64,000 bases of DNA from contig NC_135660.1 in NCBI RefSeq assembly GCF_964188315.1, forward strand, positions 496,001-560,000. Direction: 5' to 3'. The first letter of the stretch is position 1. Each line of letters begins with the position of its first letter. Below, piece by piece: positions 35,701-44,489 of the stretch. Position numbers and translations under genes: made by a program. The notes under the pieces were generated by a model. The model was not told where the DNA came from. It worked only from the letters and a program-made list of their open reading frames with translations, and searched no databases. Source of the stretch: Podarcis muralis. Its lineage: Eukaryota.

Positions 35701-38663
35701 GCAATACCGGAAGTGCATCCAGGAGTTCATTAGCCTGCAGCTGGACGAGGCCTGAGCGGAGCCCTTGCTGGTCTGGTGGGAGGGGCTGCCCGCCCCCCCC
35801 CCCGGCACTCTGCTGCACCCAGGGCAGAGCCGGGAACGGCCCCTGCCTCTCTCCCCAGGAGAGACCCTGAGTGGGCAGCCGCTTCTCCGCTTCCCTCCCC
35901 CACGGGGCGCCAGGGCCCACAAAGCCCCTTTTGGCACAGCCCCCTCCAGAGAAATGCGGGGGGGCGGGGCGGTTTGGCCACACTGCAAAGCCAGCCTTCT
36001 GCTGCTTCATGATCGCACCGGAGAGTTGAGGGGTGGGCTGTGAAAGCCCCCTCCAGCCAGTATATTTCATGGGGGGGGGGCGGCATTGGCTACTGTATGT
36101 GCTCTTCAGAGAATTGGGGGAGGGGGGGAGAGATGGCAGCAGCCTGGGCAGGATCAGGCCCGTTGCCAGGAGGAATCAGCTCAGAGCGTTCCAGGAGCCT
36201 GGGCCAAGAAAAGTCAAATTCCGTCCCTGCCTAATTCTGCCTCCAAGTCCGCCTGCCTCTGCCTCCCTTGTGCTGCTTTTGCTGGCTGGGGTGGGGGGAG
36301 CCCCTGCCCCTCTCCCAGCATCCCTCGAGCTTGGGACCTTTTCCCAGGGGCTGCCGGGAGCCTTTTGCCCTGGGCATTGGGGTCGCCCCGTGGGCAAGGA
36401 GCTGACAGCCAAAAGCAAGGGAGGGCTGCAGTTGCTCAGGGAGCTCAGAGCCGCCCTTCCGGGGCCTGGCAGGAGCAGGGGAAGCTGGGTTTCTCTTCGC
36501 TCTTGCAAAGGTAGCCCAGGAGGGCAGAAATGGAGTTCCCCACCAGAGGCCCCCTTCTCTCGGTGGCCACTGTCACTGCAAGAGCGCAGGGCTGGGCTGG
36601 GAGTCCAGGGTCCCTGCCCAGAAACACAGCTGGAGGCCAGCCTGGCCATCCAAGCCCCCTGCCCTGGCTGAGTCCGGGCTCTGCCCTCCTCCCTGAAGAG
36701 GGGGCTCTGGCAGCTGTCCTCCTCCTCCCCTCCCTGGGGGCTCCTTCCCGGCCTGGCAAGGGCTGGTGCCCCCCGTCTTCCTCTCCCCTCCTGGCCAAGC
36801 CTCGCTGGCATATCCACAGTCCCTGGGAGCAGGGGCCCTGGGGGGGGGGGGCACAGAGGGTGCCCTCCCAGGTGTGGGATAGCCGCTTCGGTGCACGAAG
36901 CGACGCGCACACACTGCAGCTGGGGGCGGAGCGAGCCGCCAATAGCGGACATTCGGCGCACCGCCTGCCAATGACTGCCAAATGTCACCCCCCTTAGCAA
37001 AGACACCTGGGGGGTCCGCCCCCACTGCACCCCCCCTCCTCCTCCCCTGGGACCCGCTTCTCTCCCCGGTTGGTGCCTTTTCAGTTGGGTTTGGGGAGTC
37101 AGGGCTGGAGAGCAGCGTGTCATTTTGCACTATTAATGCACACAGGTCCTTTGAATGTGTCTGGCTACTGATCCTCGAATGCAGCACAGTGTGAAATTCA
37201 AGGGCACTTTATGTTTCCTCTGTGTTCATATGGGAGTTTCTGTTTCTCGAGTGGCCAAAACTTGAACCCAAAGAGAATGTCCCCCGAAACAGCTTCTGCT
37301 GGGCAGCTGAGCTTTACCCATCCAGGAGCAGCAGCACCCTGTCTGTCTCAGAGCCTTGAATGTTACCAAAGAGCACCCAGAGGTGCCTTTGGTGGGGCAA
37401 GTCTTGCCAATGAGGCCTGGGCCCCTGGGAGGTCTTTTCCCAGGCCCACCTCGGTCCACGTAGCACAAATGCCCACAGCAGCTCCTGTTTTCCTTGGGGG
37501 AGAGTGGCAAAGGGGGTGCCCAGTCCCCAGAGAAGCCGGCCCCCCTGGCTTGTGCCTCCCCCCCCCCCGACTCTCCTGGGGCCGACGTGAATGTACTGCC
37601 AGCCTGCTCTGGCCCCAGTGGCAGTCAAGGCAATTTCAGGGCAGGCCAGGAAGTAGAAAGGGCTGCCCCCCCCCCCAAAGCCAGGCGGCCAGAAGAGACT
37701 GCTCCACCCCGCGCACAAGAATCCCAGGTCTTCCCTGGCTCCTGCTGGTGGCGCCACCTCCACTCCCGGTTCCCTTGCTCAGCGCTTGGGGTCAATTTTG
37801 GGGTGCTCCTCTTGCCTGGGTTTGTGGGAAGCTGCTTTTTTCTCCCTTCCTTCCTTCCTTCCTTCCTTCCTTCCTTCCTTCCTTCCTTCCTTCCTCCCTC
37901 CCTCCCTCCCTTCCTCCCAGCATCTTTTGTTTCTCTAACGTTGAGCTTCCTCTCTCTGGCTGCCTTTGAGGTTCTCTCCTCAGGTAGAGTCTTGACTTTT
38001 TCTCAGTTGCTTTTCCAGGGCTTGGGAGCAGATGCAGGGCGGCTTTTCTTGGCGGAGAAACGGGACCCGTGAACCCCCTTGTGGGACGGGCATTGCTTTG
38101 CCCACCTTGAGCACATAGGGAGTCACAGCCGGGCAGGACAGGCATTGCTTTGCCCACCTTGAGCACACTGGCAGGGGCAGGGCTTCTGAAGGCTTGCGGA
38201 AGCCCTTCTGGGCTGGAGTATTATGGTCTGGGAGGACCAGAGTCCTAACTAAAACCACCCTCAAGTGGTGAGGCTCTGGAGGGGGCAGGGGAGGCCTCAG
38301 CGCCTGGGCCCACTTGGGGGAACCACTTTGCAAGTGAAGTTTGCAGTGCAAGTTTTAGGCAAGCAGCAGGTTTTTTGGGGGGTGCTGGAGTAGTAGGAGA
38401 TGCTCATGGTGGGAATGCTACCCAGCTGAAGCCTTGGATGCTCAGCCCGGTACCGGGATGCTTTTCTTGGGAGGGGCAGCAGATGGCTGGGCTGCTCTGC
38501 CGCCCCCTTCACTGAAAGCGCAATTCTCCAATGCCATTTTCCCCCTCTTCCTCTTGCAGGAGACGAAACCTACCAGGACATCTTTCGAGACTTCTCACAA
38601 ATGGCGTCCAATAACCCGGAGAAGCTAAACCGCTTTCAGCCCTCAGATGTGCAGAAGCCCTGA
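8420..38663 (+). CDS. ACAP2: ArfGAP with coiled-coil, ankyrin repeat and PH domains 2 (centaurin beta-2), spliced CDS of 780 aa (815 aa with the cassette exon)
   Basis: The 23 core exons sum to 2343 nt in one open frame with consistent phases. BAR (exons 1-9), PH (10-13), ArfGAP zinc finger C-X2-C-X16-C-X2-C-X4-R (exon 14), ankyrin repeats (19-21), ACAP2-type C-terminus [30 protein letters not shown]1 lies downstream as in human. Confidence 0.96.
8671..8806. mobile_element. Palindromic hAT-type MITE
   Basis: TIRs CAGGCACCCCCAGACT / AGTTTGGGGGTGCCTG. 8-bp flanks CTCTTCCG / CTCTTCAG (7 of 8 match). Confidence 0.8.
15138..15607 (+). mobile_element. CR1 LINE 3' fragment, same young family as 58325-62231
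   Basis: Near-identical to the reverse complement of the 3' end of the long CR1. Encodes [30 protein letters not shown]... and ends in the CTATGATTCTATG tail. Confidence 0.92.
15648..15705 (+). CDS. ACAP2: ACAP2 exon 2 ([19 protein letters not shown])
   Basis: AG/GT boundaries, 58 nt, phase consistent. Confidence 0.95.
16259..16378 (+). CDS. ACAP2: ACAP2 exon 3 ([15 protein letters not shown]...DALVE)
   Basis: AG/GT, 120 nt. Confidence 0.95.
16861..16914 (+). CDS. ACAP2: ACAP2 exon 4 ([18 protein letters not shown])
   Basis: AG/GT, 54 nt. Confidence 0.95.
18954..19012 (+). CDS. ACAP2: ACAP2 exon 5 ([20 protein letters not shown])
   Basis: AG/GT, 59 nt. Confidence 0.95.
19197..19332. mobile_element. 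Palindromic hAT-type MITE (same family as 8671-8806)
   Basis: TIRs plus a perfect 8-bp TSD CTGGAGAA (19189-19196 and 19333-19340). Confidence 0.85.
19633..19816 (+). CDS. ACAP2: ACAP2 exon 6 ([14 protein letters not shown]...ALDYVLQ)
   Basis: AG/GT, 184 nt. Confidence 0.95.
20827..20871 (+). CDS. ACAP2: ACAP2 exon 7 ([15 protein letters not shown])
   Basis: AG/GT, 45 nt. Confidence 0.95.
21121..21216 (+). CDS. ACAP2: ACAP2 exon 8 ([16 protein letters not shown]...DLGAQ)
   Basis: AG/GT, 96 nt. Confidence 0.95.
21655..21729 (+). CDS. ACAP2: ACAP2 exon 9 ([25 protein letters not shown])
   Basis: AG/GT, 75 nt. Confidence 0.95.
22957..23069 (+). CDS. ACAP2: ACAP2 exon 10 ([11 protein letters not shown]...[17 protein letters not shown]), start of PH domain
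   Basis: AG/GT, 113 nt. Confidence 0.95.
27225..27276 (+). CDS. ACAP2: ACAP2 exon 11 ([17 protein letters not shown])
   Basis: AG/GT, 52 nt. Confidence 0.95.
28041..28141 (+). CDS. ACAP2: ACAP2 exon 12 ([34 protein letters not shown])
   Basis: AG/GT, 101 nt. Confidence 0.95.
29102..29207 (+). CDS. ACAP2: ACAP2 exon 13 ([35 protein letters not shown]), GC donor
   Basis: 106 nt. The donor GAG|GCAAGT keeps phase 0; the nearest GT (29212) would frameshift. Confidence 0.88.
29584..29789 (+). CDS. ACAP2: ACAP2 exon 14, ArfGAP zinc finger ([29 protein letters not shown])
   Basis: AG/GT, 206 nt. Confidence 0.95.
29902..29971 (+). CDS. ACAP2: ACAP2 exon 15 ([23 protein letters not shown])
   Basis: AG/GT, 70 nt. 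Confidence 0.95.
30713..30807 (+). CDS. ACAP2: ACAP2 exon 16 ([32 protein letters not shown])
   Basis: AG/GT, 95 nt. Confidence 0.95.
31300..31493 (+). CDS. ACAP2: ACAP2 exon 17 ([18 protein letters not shown]... divergent linker)
   Basis: AG/GT, 194 nt, ends in phase 1. Confidence 0.9.
31784..32025 (+). mobile_element. tRNA-derived CORE-type SINE (Squam3/MIR-related), full length
   Basis: A box TGGTGTAGTGGTT, B box GGGTTCGCGTCTCC, CORE-like GGGTGACCTTGGGCCAGTCAC. CTCCTAGC occurs on both flanks as a partial TSD. The family name is from recall. Confidence 0.8.
32406..32510 (+). CDS. ACAP2: ACAP2 candidate cassette exon ([35 protein letters not shown])
   Basis: Long pyrimidine tract plus CAG acceptor, strong GTAAGT donor, 105 nt, phase 1-1, no stop. 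The motif resembles ACAP3 [19 protein letters not shown] (recalled). Confidence 0.82.
32519..32603. repeat. (CT)n/(CCCT)n pyrimidine microsatellite just after the cassette exon donor
   Basis: Seen directly. Confidence 0.9.
32690..33240 (-). mobile_element. Old, degenerate CR1 LINE 3' fragment
   Basis: Reverse complement resembles the CR1 RT C-terminus and 3' UTR. Boundaries are approximate. Confidence 0.6.
33382..33462 (+). CDS. ACAP2: ACAP2 exon 18 ([27 protein letters not shown])
   Basis: AG/GT, 81 nt, phase 1-1. Matches human VRSNDSGIQQ...SANSLYEPE (recalled). Confidence 0.9.
33745..34030 (-). mobile_element. Old CR1 RT fragment
   Basis: Translation ...[27 protein letters not shown] is a decayed FADD motif region. 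Boundaries are approximate. Confidence 0.65.
34090..34283 (+). CDS. ACAP2: ACAP2 exon 19 (..[29 protein letters not shown]...TPLIQAVLG), ankyrin region
   Basis: AG/GT, 194 nt. Confidence 0.93.
34400..34509 (+). CDS. ACAP2: ACAP2 exon 20 ([17 protein letters not shown]...[13 protein letters not shown])
   Basis: AG/GT, 110 nt. Confidence 0.95.
34873..34952 (+). mobile_element. LINE (L2-like) 3' end with a (TAT)n tail
   Basis: GGAAGCCGCCCAGAGTGGCTGGGG...GGGCGGGGTATAAATAATAAATTATTATT resembles a recalled lizard L2-type terminus. Confidence 0.5.
35096..35273 (+). mobile_element. 5'-truncated CORE-type SINE (same family as 31784-32025); its tail abuts the exon 21 acceptor
   Basis: Near-identical to the 3' part of the 31784 copy. 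Ends CTCCTCCTCTTCTTCTTC, then GCAG|exon. Confidence 0.85.
35278..35388 (+). CDS. ACAP2: ACAP2 exon 21 ([37 protein letters not shown])
   Basis: AG/GT, 111 nt. Confidence 0.95.
35611..35672 (+). CDS. ACAP2: ACAP2 exon 22 ([21 protein letters not shown])
   Basis: 62 nt, weak donor CAG|GTCAAC. Confidence 0.93.
35673..35755 (+). CDS. ACAP2: ACAP2 alternative C-terminus by read-through of the exon 22 donor ([27 protein letters not shown]-stop)
   Basis: In frame with exon 22. Strongly resembles the ACAP3 C-terminus ([22 protein letters not shown], recalled). Confidence 0.78.
37845..37915. repeat. (CCTT)n/(CCCT)n microsatellite
   Basis: Seen directly. Confidence 0.92.
38560..38663 (+). CDS. ACAP2: ACAP2 exon 23, canonical last coding exon ([33 protein letters not shown]-stop)
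   Basis: Pyrimidine tract plus CAG acceptor, phase 1, TGA stop. Confidence 0.95.
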
Positions 38664-39320
38664 AGGCTCCGGGGCTGGGGGGACCCCAAGACTAGCCCCC
38701 GCCCTGCCTCCTCCTTGAAAGCTCACCCCTCCTTTTTATACATAAACGCTGCTTTGAGTAAGAGATGCTGTTTGCAGTTTGTTAGCTGTTAGTATCACCT
38801 GGAAAATGCAACCAGAGTGGCTGGGGAGGAAGGGAAGCTGGGTGTCGATATGCTGAGCGGGGGGGGGGGGGGGGGCTGCAGGAATCTCTTCCCACCTGGA
38901 TCTCCCCCACCCCACCCCTTTTTGAGCTGCCTTCCCTCCTGGGGGGGGGGCTGATTGCAGGCAGCAGGGAGGAGCTTGTCTTATTTATGTCCTTCACAAG
39001 ATTTATGTATCAATTGACGGAAATGAAACTTCAAAGCAGTTTTCTCTTGTATCTTCCCTGATGGTAACTTTCTTCCTCCCCCCCCCCAAATAATCTGTGT
39101 CCTCAAACTGCCCCTGTAGCCTCCCTCTGGGGGGCAGCATTTCCCATCCAAGAGCAGCTTGTGGGACCATCAGAGGCTTCCAGCTCCTGACCGTGGTGCC
39201 TCAACACTGGAATGGTGGAGACTCTGGCCACCTCACTGGGCTCACTCTGCCCCCCCCCCCAGCATGTTCCAACACCCACTTTTAAAAATGACTGTCCCAG
39301 GAAAACTGGTGGAATATATT

Positions 39321-39326
39321 AGTAAA
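39321..39326 (+). terminator. ACAP2: Candidate ACAP2 polyadenylation signal (variant AGTAAA)
   Basis: AT-rich context followed by a T-rich tract. No canonical AATAAA was seen between the stop codon and the downstream CR1 remnant. Confidence 0.35.
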
Positions 39327-39411
39327 GATTTATTTATTTTTTAAACCCAGCTTTTGACAAAGCTTACAAAGAGGGAAAGTCCTGTTATGGGCCAGGAACT
39401 GGTTTTGCAAG

Positions 39412-40200
39412 AAGAGAAGGAATGTGGGGAGTTCTCCAAATGGAGAAAGTGGAGGCCCCCAAGGATCGGGATTGGGACCTGTGCTTTCTAAATGGTTCCT
39501 AAAGGATCTAGAGTCAAGGGTGAGCAGGGAGGGGGGCAAGTTTGCTGGTGATGCTAAATTGTTCAGGGTGGTTGAAAGAGAGATTGTGAAGCGCTCCGAA
39601 AGGACTTCTCCAAACGTAGCGAAGGGGCTGCAAGTGCAATTCAATGAAAACAAGTGCAAAGCGATGCATGTCAGGACACACAAAAAAATCACATACATGC
39701 TCTTGGAGTCTGAACTGGCAGTGACTGACCAGGAACGAGACCTCAGAACCACAGTGGACAGCTCCATGAAGATCCCGACCCTGCGTGCAGTGGCTGTGAA
39801 ACAGGCAAATTCCATGCTAGGGATCATTAGGAAAGGATCTCAAAACTGCCCATCTCATAGTGCTATTATACAAATTAAGGTGTGACCACATTTGAGATGC
39901 CAGGTACAGTTCTGGTTGCCTCACCTGAAAAAGGATATTGTAGAGTTTGAAAAGGTTCAGAAAAGAGTAGCCACAATTATCGGGGGGGGGGGGGGAGTGG
40001 AACAACGCCCCATGGAGAAATGTTGCAGTGTCCGGAACTTTTTTTAGAGAAAGTGGAAAGAGGTTTTTCTTATAAAACTAGAACGCATGAACATCCAATG
40101 AACCTGAATATTGGAAGTTTCAGGACAGAGAACAGACAGTCCTTCACAGGGCACAGAGGCAGAGAGGGCCACCAACCTGAATGACTTTAAAAGGACAAAT
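39412..40200 (+). mobile_element. Old degenerate CR1 LINE fragment
   Basis: Translation [39 protein letters not shown]...NSMLGIIRKG is a decayed CR1 RT. Boundaries are approximate. Confidence 0.75.
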
Positions 40201-40997
40201 TCATGGAGAGCTAGAGGAGAGGAGAATGCTCTTGTGCCTATCGGGTCCCGTTTGTGGGCTTCTCAGGTAGCCGTGATGGAGAGGCGGGGGCTCCACAGCA
40301 GCCGCCCAGAGCCACCTGTTTTGCCTCTGGGCTGTTGCCGGCGCACCCTCCCTGCAGAGTATCTCGGGGCCTGACGGGCTGCCTCCCCACCCCCCCGAAG
40401 GGGGCCCTGCAGTGGCCGTGGCTCCTGCCCGTTGCCGCCTTGTCTCCTTCCATCTGAGGCTGGCTCGGGGGGGGGCCTTCTTCGCTTGGCAGGGGCCCCG
40501 CCAGAGCCCCCCCCCCCCGGCCAGAGCTCTCCAGGAGGGAAGAGCGCAGCGCCCACGCGGGCCTCCCGCTCTGCAACTGGACCGGGGCAGCCCAGGCTCC
40601 CCCCCCCCCAGGGCCTCCTCCGGGGGAAACGAGGAGAGGGAGTGTCTGCTGGATCGGGCCAAGCCCCCCCCCCAGCATCCTGCTCTCGCAGCGGTGGCAC
40701 AGCTGGATCCGAGCGCAAGGGCAGCTAGCAGCCCTCCATCCCGCTCTCCATTAATTTCCCCGATCCTCTTTTAAAGGCATCCCGGTTGCGTTGGGACCCT
40801 TCGGAGGAGAAGTCCCTTCTTTGGTCCGCCCTGGATGCTTCCACGCTCATCTCCGCGGGATGCTTCCCCGCCGCGCCGCCGGGAGCCCCTTTTCTTCCTC
40901 CTCTTCCTCCTCCTCCTCCTGCTGCTGCGCTGCCGGGTCCGCCTCTTCTCGTCCTTCTCCTCCGCCTCTTCCGCCGCCGCCGCCGCCGCCGCCGAGC

Positions 40998-41468
40998 ATG
41001 GCGCGTCTGGCCGGGTCTCCGGCGTCCCTGCTGCGCCCCCCTCCCTGCGCGCTGGCGGCGGCGGCGGCGCTGGCCGTGCTGTGCGCCCTCTACTACGCGC
41101 GCTCGCCCGCCTCGCCGGAGCCCCGCGCCCCGCCGCCCGCCTCCGCCCCGGCTGCCCCGGGTGCCGCCCCGGGTGCCGAGTCCGTCGGGGAGAGCAAGGC
41201 CAAGGCGGGCGAGGAGCTGCTGGCCGCGGCGGGGGCGGCGGGGGCGGCGGGCGAGGCCGAGCTGCACGTGCTGCTGCTGCTGGCCAAGGCCGAGCGCAAC
41301 GCGGCGCTGCGATCCAAGGCCGAGGCGGCGCTGCGCTCCCTGGCGCGCTTCGCCAAGCTGGGCCCGCGCCAGACCCTCGTGCTGCACCTGCTCAGCGACG
41401 CGCCCAGCCGCCCCGTCGGGAAGGCCCTCCTCCGCGACGCGCTGCGCAGCGCGCAGTTCCAGCACAAG
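40998..41468 (+). CDS. XXYLT1: XXYLT1 exon 1
   Basis: GAGCATGG Kozak context, 471 nt, donor AAG|GTGCGC. Confidence 0.88.
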
Positions 41469-43668
41469 GTGCGCTCCCGGCAGCTTCCCCACCACCGGGG
41501 CCGCTTGCCCTTGCGCTGCGCCCGGGCCGGGGCTCTGGCGCGGGCAGCCCCGCTTTCCCCGGCGCGCATCCCTCCCCCTGACGGCTGCTTCTCCCGCTTC
41601 CCGCAGGTGGTCTTCCACGACGTGGACGTGGTGGCCGAGAAGCTGCTTCCCCTGGTCGAGGCCATGCAGAAGCTCTTCAGCGCCGGCGCCGGAACCTACT
41701 ATGGCGACTCCCTCTTCTTCCTCTCGCTGGCCATGCACCGCGTCCTGCCCAAAGGTCAGCAGGCAGATGGGCACCCCCCCCCCCGTCCACCTGCCCCCTC
41801 CCTGGCATCCTTGGCGCTCCTGCTTTAAGAAGCGCTTCCGCATGCCTGGCGCTTGGGGTCCAGGGGGTGAGCTCGGCCAGGGTGGCAGCGCCAGGTGAGA
41901 TCGCCAAAGTCGGACTGAGTAGACGAGGTGCCCCAGGGCCTTGCCTGGCCACTGGGGCAGAAGGGGCGGTGCCCACAGCCACCGCCAGAGGATGGGGAGG
42001 GGGTGGCAGCAGGGGCTTCTCTCTCTCTCTCACCTAACAAGGAAAGTGTTCCATGTTGCCTCCCCCTGCCATTGGCAGCAGAAAACCCTGCCCCCCCTTT
42101 CATCTCAGTGCAGCAGGGAGAGGGGAGAAGGTGCAATATACGGTTACTGAGCCCCCCTGACCCACCCCCTGCCCCCTACCTGACTGCCATGTATGGTCTT
42201 GGTCCCTGGCCTCTTCCTCTGGGTGGGGGGCTGAATGAAGCCTCCCTTGGGGGGCGGAAGCTGTGCCTGGGGAGGACCAAGGGAGCAGGGAAGGTGCTTC
42301 AGAGGCTCCTCTGGTTCTTGACTCCCCCACAGAGATTTCGCGGATCATCCAGGTGGACCTTGATGTGGAGTACAGGACCAACATCCGGGAACTCTTTGAA
42401 GAGTTTGACAACTTCCCGGAAGGGGCCGTGATTGGCATCGTCCACGAGATGCAGCCCGTCTATCGGTAGGTGCCAGCAGTAGGTGGTCCGGAGGGGGGGG
42501 TACTTGGGATCCTAACAGAAGCTGCACACGGGCACAAGGGGTCTCAGGGGTGGCTTCCCAGAATCCCACCCCCCTACACTCAGGACAAAAGATTTGAGAA
42601 GGGAAGTTGGCCAGAAAATCTGTGGGGAAAGTGAGCTCTTGGGGTGGAGATCGGGGGCCCAGAGTGTGAAACTCAACAGGAGCTCACTTTTGGGGGGGCG
42701 GGCGGTTGTCAATTTCATTTGCTGCTTACAAACACCTAGTAGGACATGGGGGACAGGCCTTGGGGGGGGCACTGCTGCTGTCACATGGAGCCTGGGGAGG
42801 AAGGGGGCCAGCTGCGCCCTCCATCTCCTCTGCTGGCTGGGGAGTGGGGCTGCTCTCCAGATGTTTCCTTCCTTTGCTCTTGCCAGCTGTTTGTAGGCAG
42901 CTCTTGCCAGCAGGGGCCTGGGATGGGGCTGGCCGTGCTCATTCCCCCGACTTTCCTTCCGGACTTTGTTTGGAAGAGACAGGAGGACTCTTGCCGCCTT
43001 GGCTTTCCCTGCAAAGGAGAACTAGACACATTCAGGGCTGTCCGTGACGGCCGGCCCCACGGCCTGAGCTCTGCCCTTCACAGTCAGAGGCAGCAATGCT
43101 TCTGAATCCCAGCTGCAGGAGGGCAGAGCTGCTCTTGGGTTTGAATCCTGATTGCAAGTTTTCTAATGGAAGCAGAACAGGATGCTGGACTGGATGGGCC
43201 CCTGGCCTAATCCTGCAGAGCTCTGACTTGCCTTTCCTCTTGTGCCTCCCCCCCCCCCCCCCCCCGTGCAGGCACCTCTTCTGGCAGTACCGCCAGGAGC
43301 ACCCGGGGACCAAGGTGGGGGAGCCCCCGCCGGATGGCCTCCCCGGCTTCAACAGCGGGGTCCTCCTGCTGAACCTGGAGGCCATGCGCCACTCGGAGCT
43401 CTACAACCGCCTGCTGGAGCCGGGCGCCGCCCAGCGCCTGGCAGACCAGTTCCACTTCCGGGGCCACCTGGGCGACCAGGACTTCTTCACGCTGGTGGGC
43501 ATGGCTCACCCGGAGCTCTTCCACGTCCTCGACTGCACCTGGAACCGGCAGCTCTGCTCCTGGTGGCGTGAGCACGGCTACCGCGACGTCTTTGACCACT
43601 ACTTCCGCTGCGACGGCCACGTCCGGATCTACCACGGCAACTGCAACACGCCCATCCCCCAGGAGTAG
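40998..43668 (+). CDS. XXYLT1: Xyloside xylosyltransferase 1 (GT8 family, Notch EGF O-glucose elongation), 4 exons, 382 aa
   Basis: Exons 40998-41468, 41607-41754, 42333-42465 and 43272-43668 sum to 1149 nt with consistent phases and GT-AG introns. Type II membrane anchor (ALAAAAALAVLCALYY), DxD motif (QVDLDVEY), FNSGVLLLNL, GDQDFF, WNRQLC and HGNCNTPIP. Confidence 0.95.
41607..41754 (+). CDS. XXYLT1: XXYLT1 exon 2 (VVFHDVDVVAEKLLPLVEAMQKLFSAGAGTYYGDSLFFLSLAMHRVLPK)
   Basis: AG/GT, 148 nt. Confidence 0.93.
42333..42465 (+). CDS. XXYLT1: XXYLT1 exon 3 (ISRIIQVDLDVEYRTNIRELFEEFDNF...MQPVYR)
   Basis: AG/GT, 133 nt, contains the DxD motif. Confidence 0.95.
43272..43668 (+). CDS. XXYLT1: XXYLT1 exon 4 (HLFWQYRQEHPGT...HGNCNTPIPQE-stop)
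   Basis: AG acceptor, 397 nt, TAG stop. Confidence 0.95.
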
Positions 43669-44324
43669 CCCCTGCTGGCCAGGGGGAGTTTGGGGGCGGC
43701 AGCTGTGCTGTGGTCACTGCAGGCCTCTCGCCATGTCTCTTCGGGGGGCTCCATCAAGTGGAGGTTGCTCCCTTTCCCTTGCGCGCAACTGGGGTCTACC
43801 TGGGAGGAATCCTCATGGGCCTTGCAGGAAGGATGCGGAGCTGAGTGCCTTCTGCCACCAGCCAGAGATTGTTGTTTTGGGACCCAGACACGGCAGGGAG
43901 AGGGAGGCGAGCCCAAGGCCTCTCTGGGGCTGAGACCTCCTGCTGGACATTTCCCTGGCAGCTCCCTGGGGGACTGTGAACGTTTCCCCCTTGACTGCAG
44001 AGTGCGGCCATCCACGTTCCGATCTTGGCTGCAGCACACGTGCCCAGCAAGGCGGCAGGATCGTGGCCCCCAGAGCAAGAACAGGCCTGGATTCTGCAGA
44101 GATCCATTGGCCCCCAGTGCCACTAGAGCACTCAGCCCTCTGCCATCCTTTCGGGCTGTGGGGGAAAGGCCCTGCTGCCCTTTGGGCCGAGGGGAGGCTG
44201 TGGGGCTGGGAGGCCTTGTCCTGGGGATGATGGTGTGGTTCTTCTTCTGCTGTGGGGCAGGGGGTGAGACCTGGAGGGAGAAGGAGAGGGTGCCAGGAGT
44301 CTTTTGTCCCTTCTGCAGGAGCAG

Positions 44325-44330
44325 AATAAA
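44325..44330 (+). terminator. XXYLT1: XXYLT1 polyadenylation signal AATAAA
   Basis: Canonical hexamer about 660 nt after the stop codon. Confidence 0.65.
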
Positions 44331-44489
44331 ATGCATTCCAAGAGGCCCAGCATGTCTCTCACCTCTGGGGAAAGCGGGGTGGAAGGAGAGGGGTCTGCAG
44401 CAGGGAAGCGAAATGGCTTGCTGGAAGTCAGACCAGCTGCCACCTGACGTGGCTTCCAGGCCTCTTGGATCAGGAATGGAAAGCTGTCC

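Larger units (their letters stand above)
40400..41800 (+). promoter_or_regulatory. XXYLT1: XXYLT1 CpG island (promoter, exon 1 and exon 2)
   Basis: Very high CpG density. (CCG)8 at 40971-40994 just before the ATG. Confidence 0.75.

Noticed and set aside
36176-37123. 315-aa minus-strand ORF and overlapping ORFs in the last ACAP2 intron
   Set aside because: No recognisable motif, GC-rich shadow frames and no coherent splice structure.
8420-38663. Calling the gene ACAP3 or ACAP1 because of the ACAP3-like motifs
   Set aside because: The core exons and the spliced C-terminus follow ACAP2 closely, and the XXYLT1 neighbour matches the ACAP2 locus.
40725-41898. 370-372 aa ORFs on both strands over the XXYLT1 CpG island
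   Set aside because: Alternative-frame and antisense shadows of a very GC-rich coding exon.
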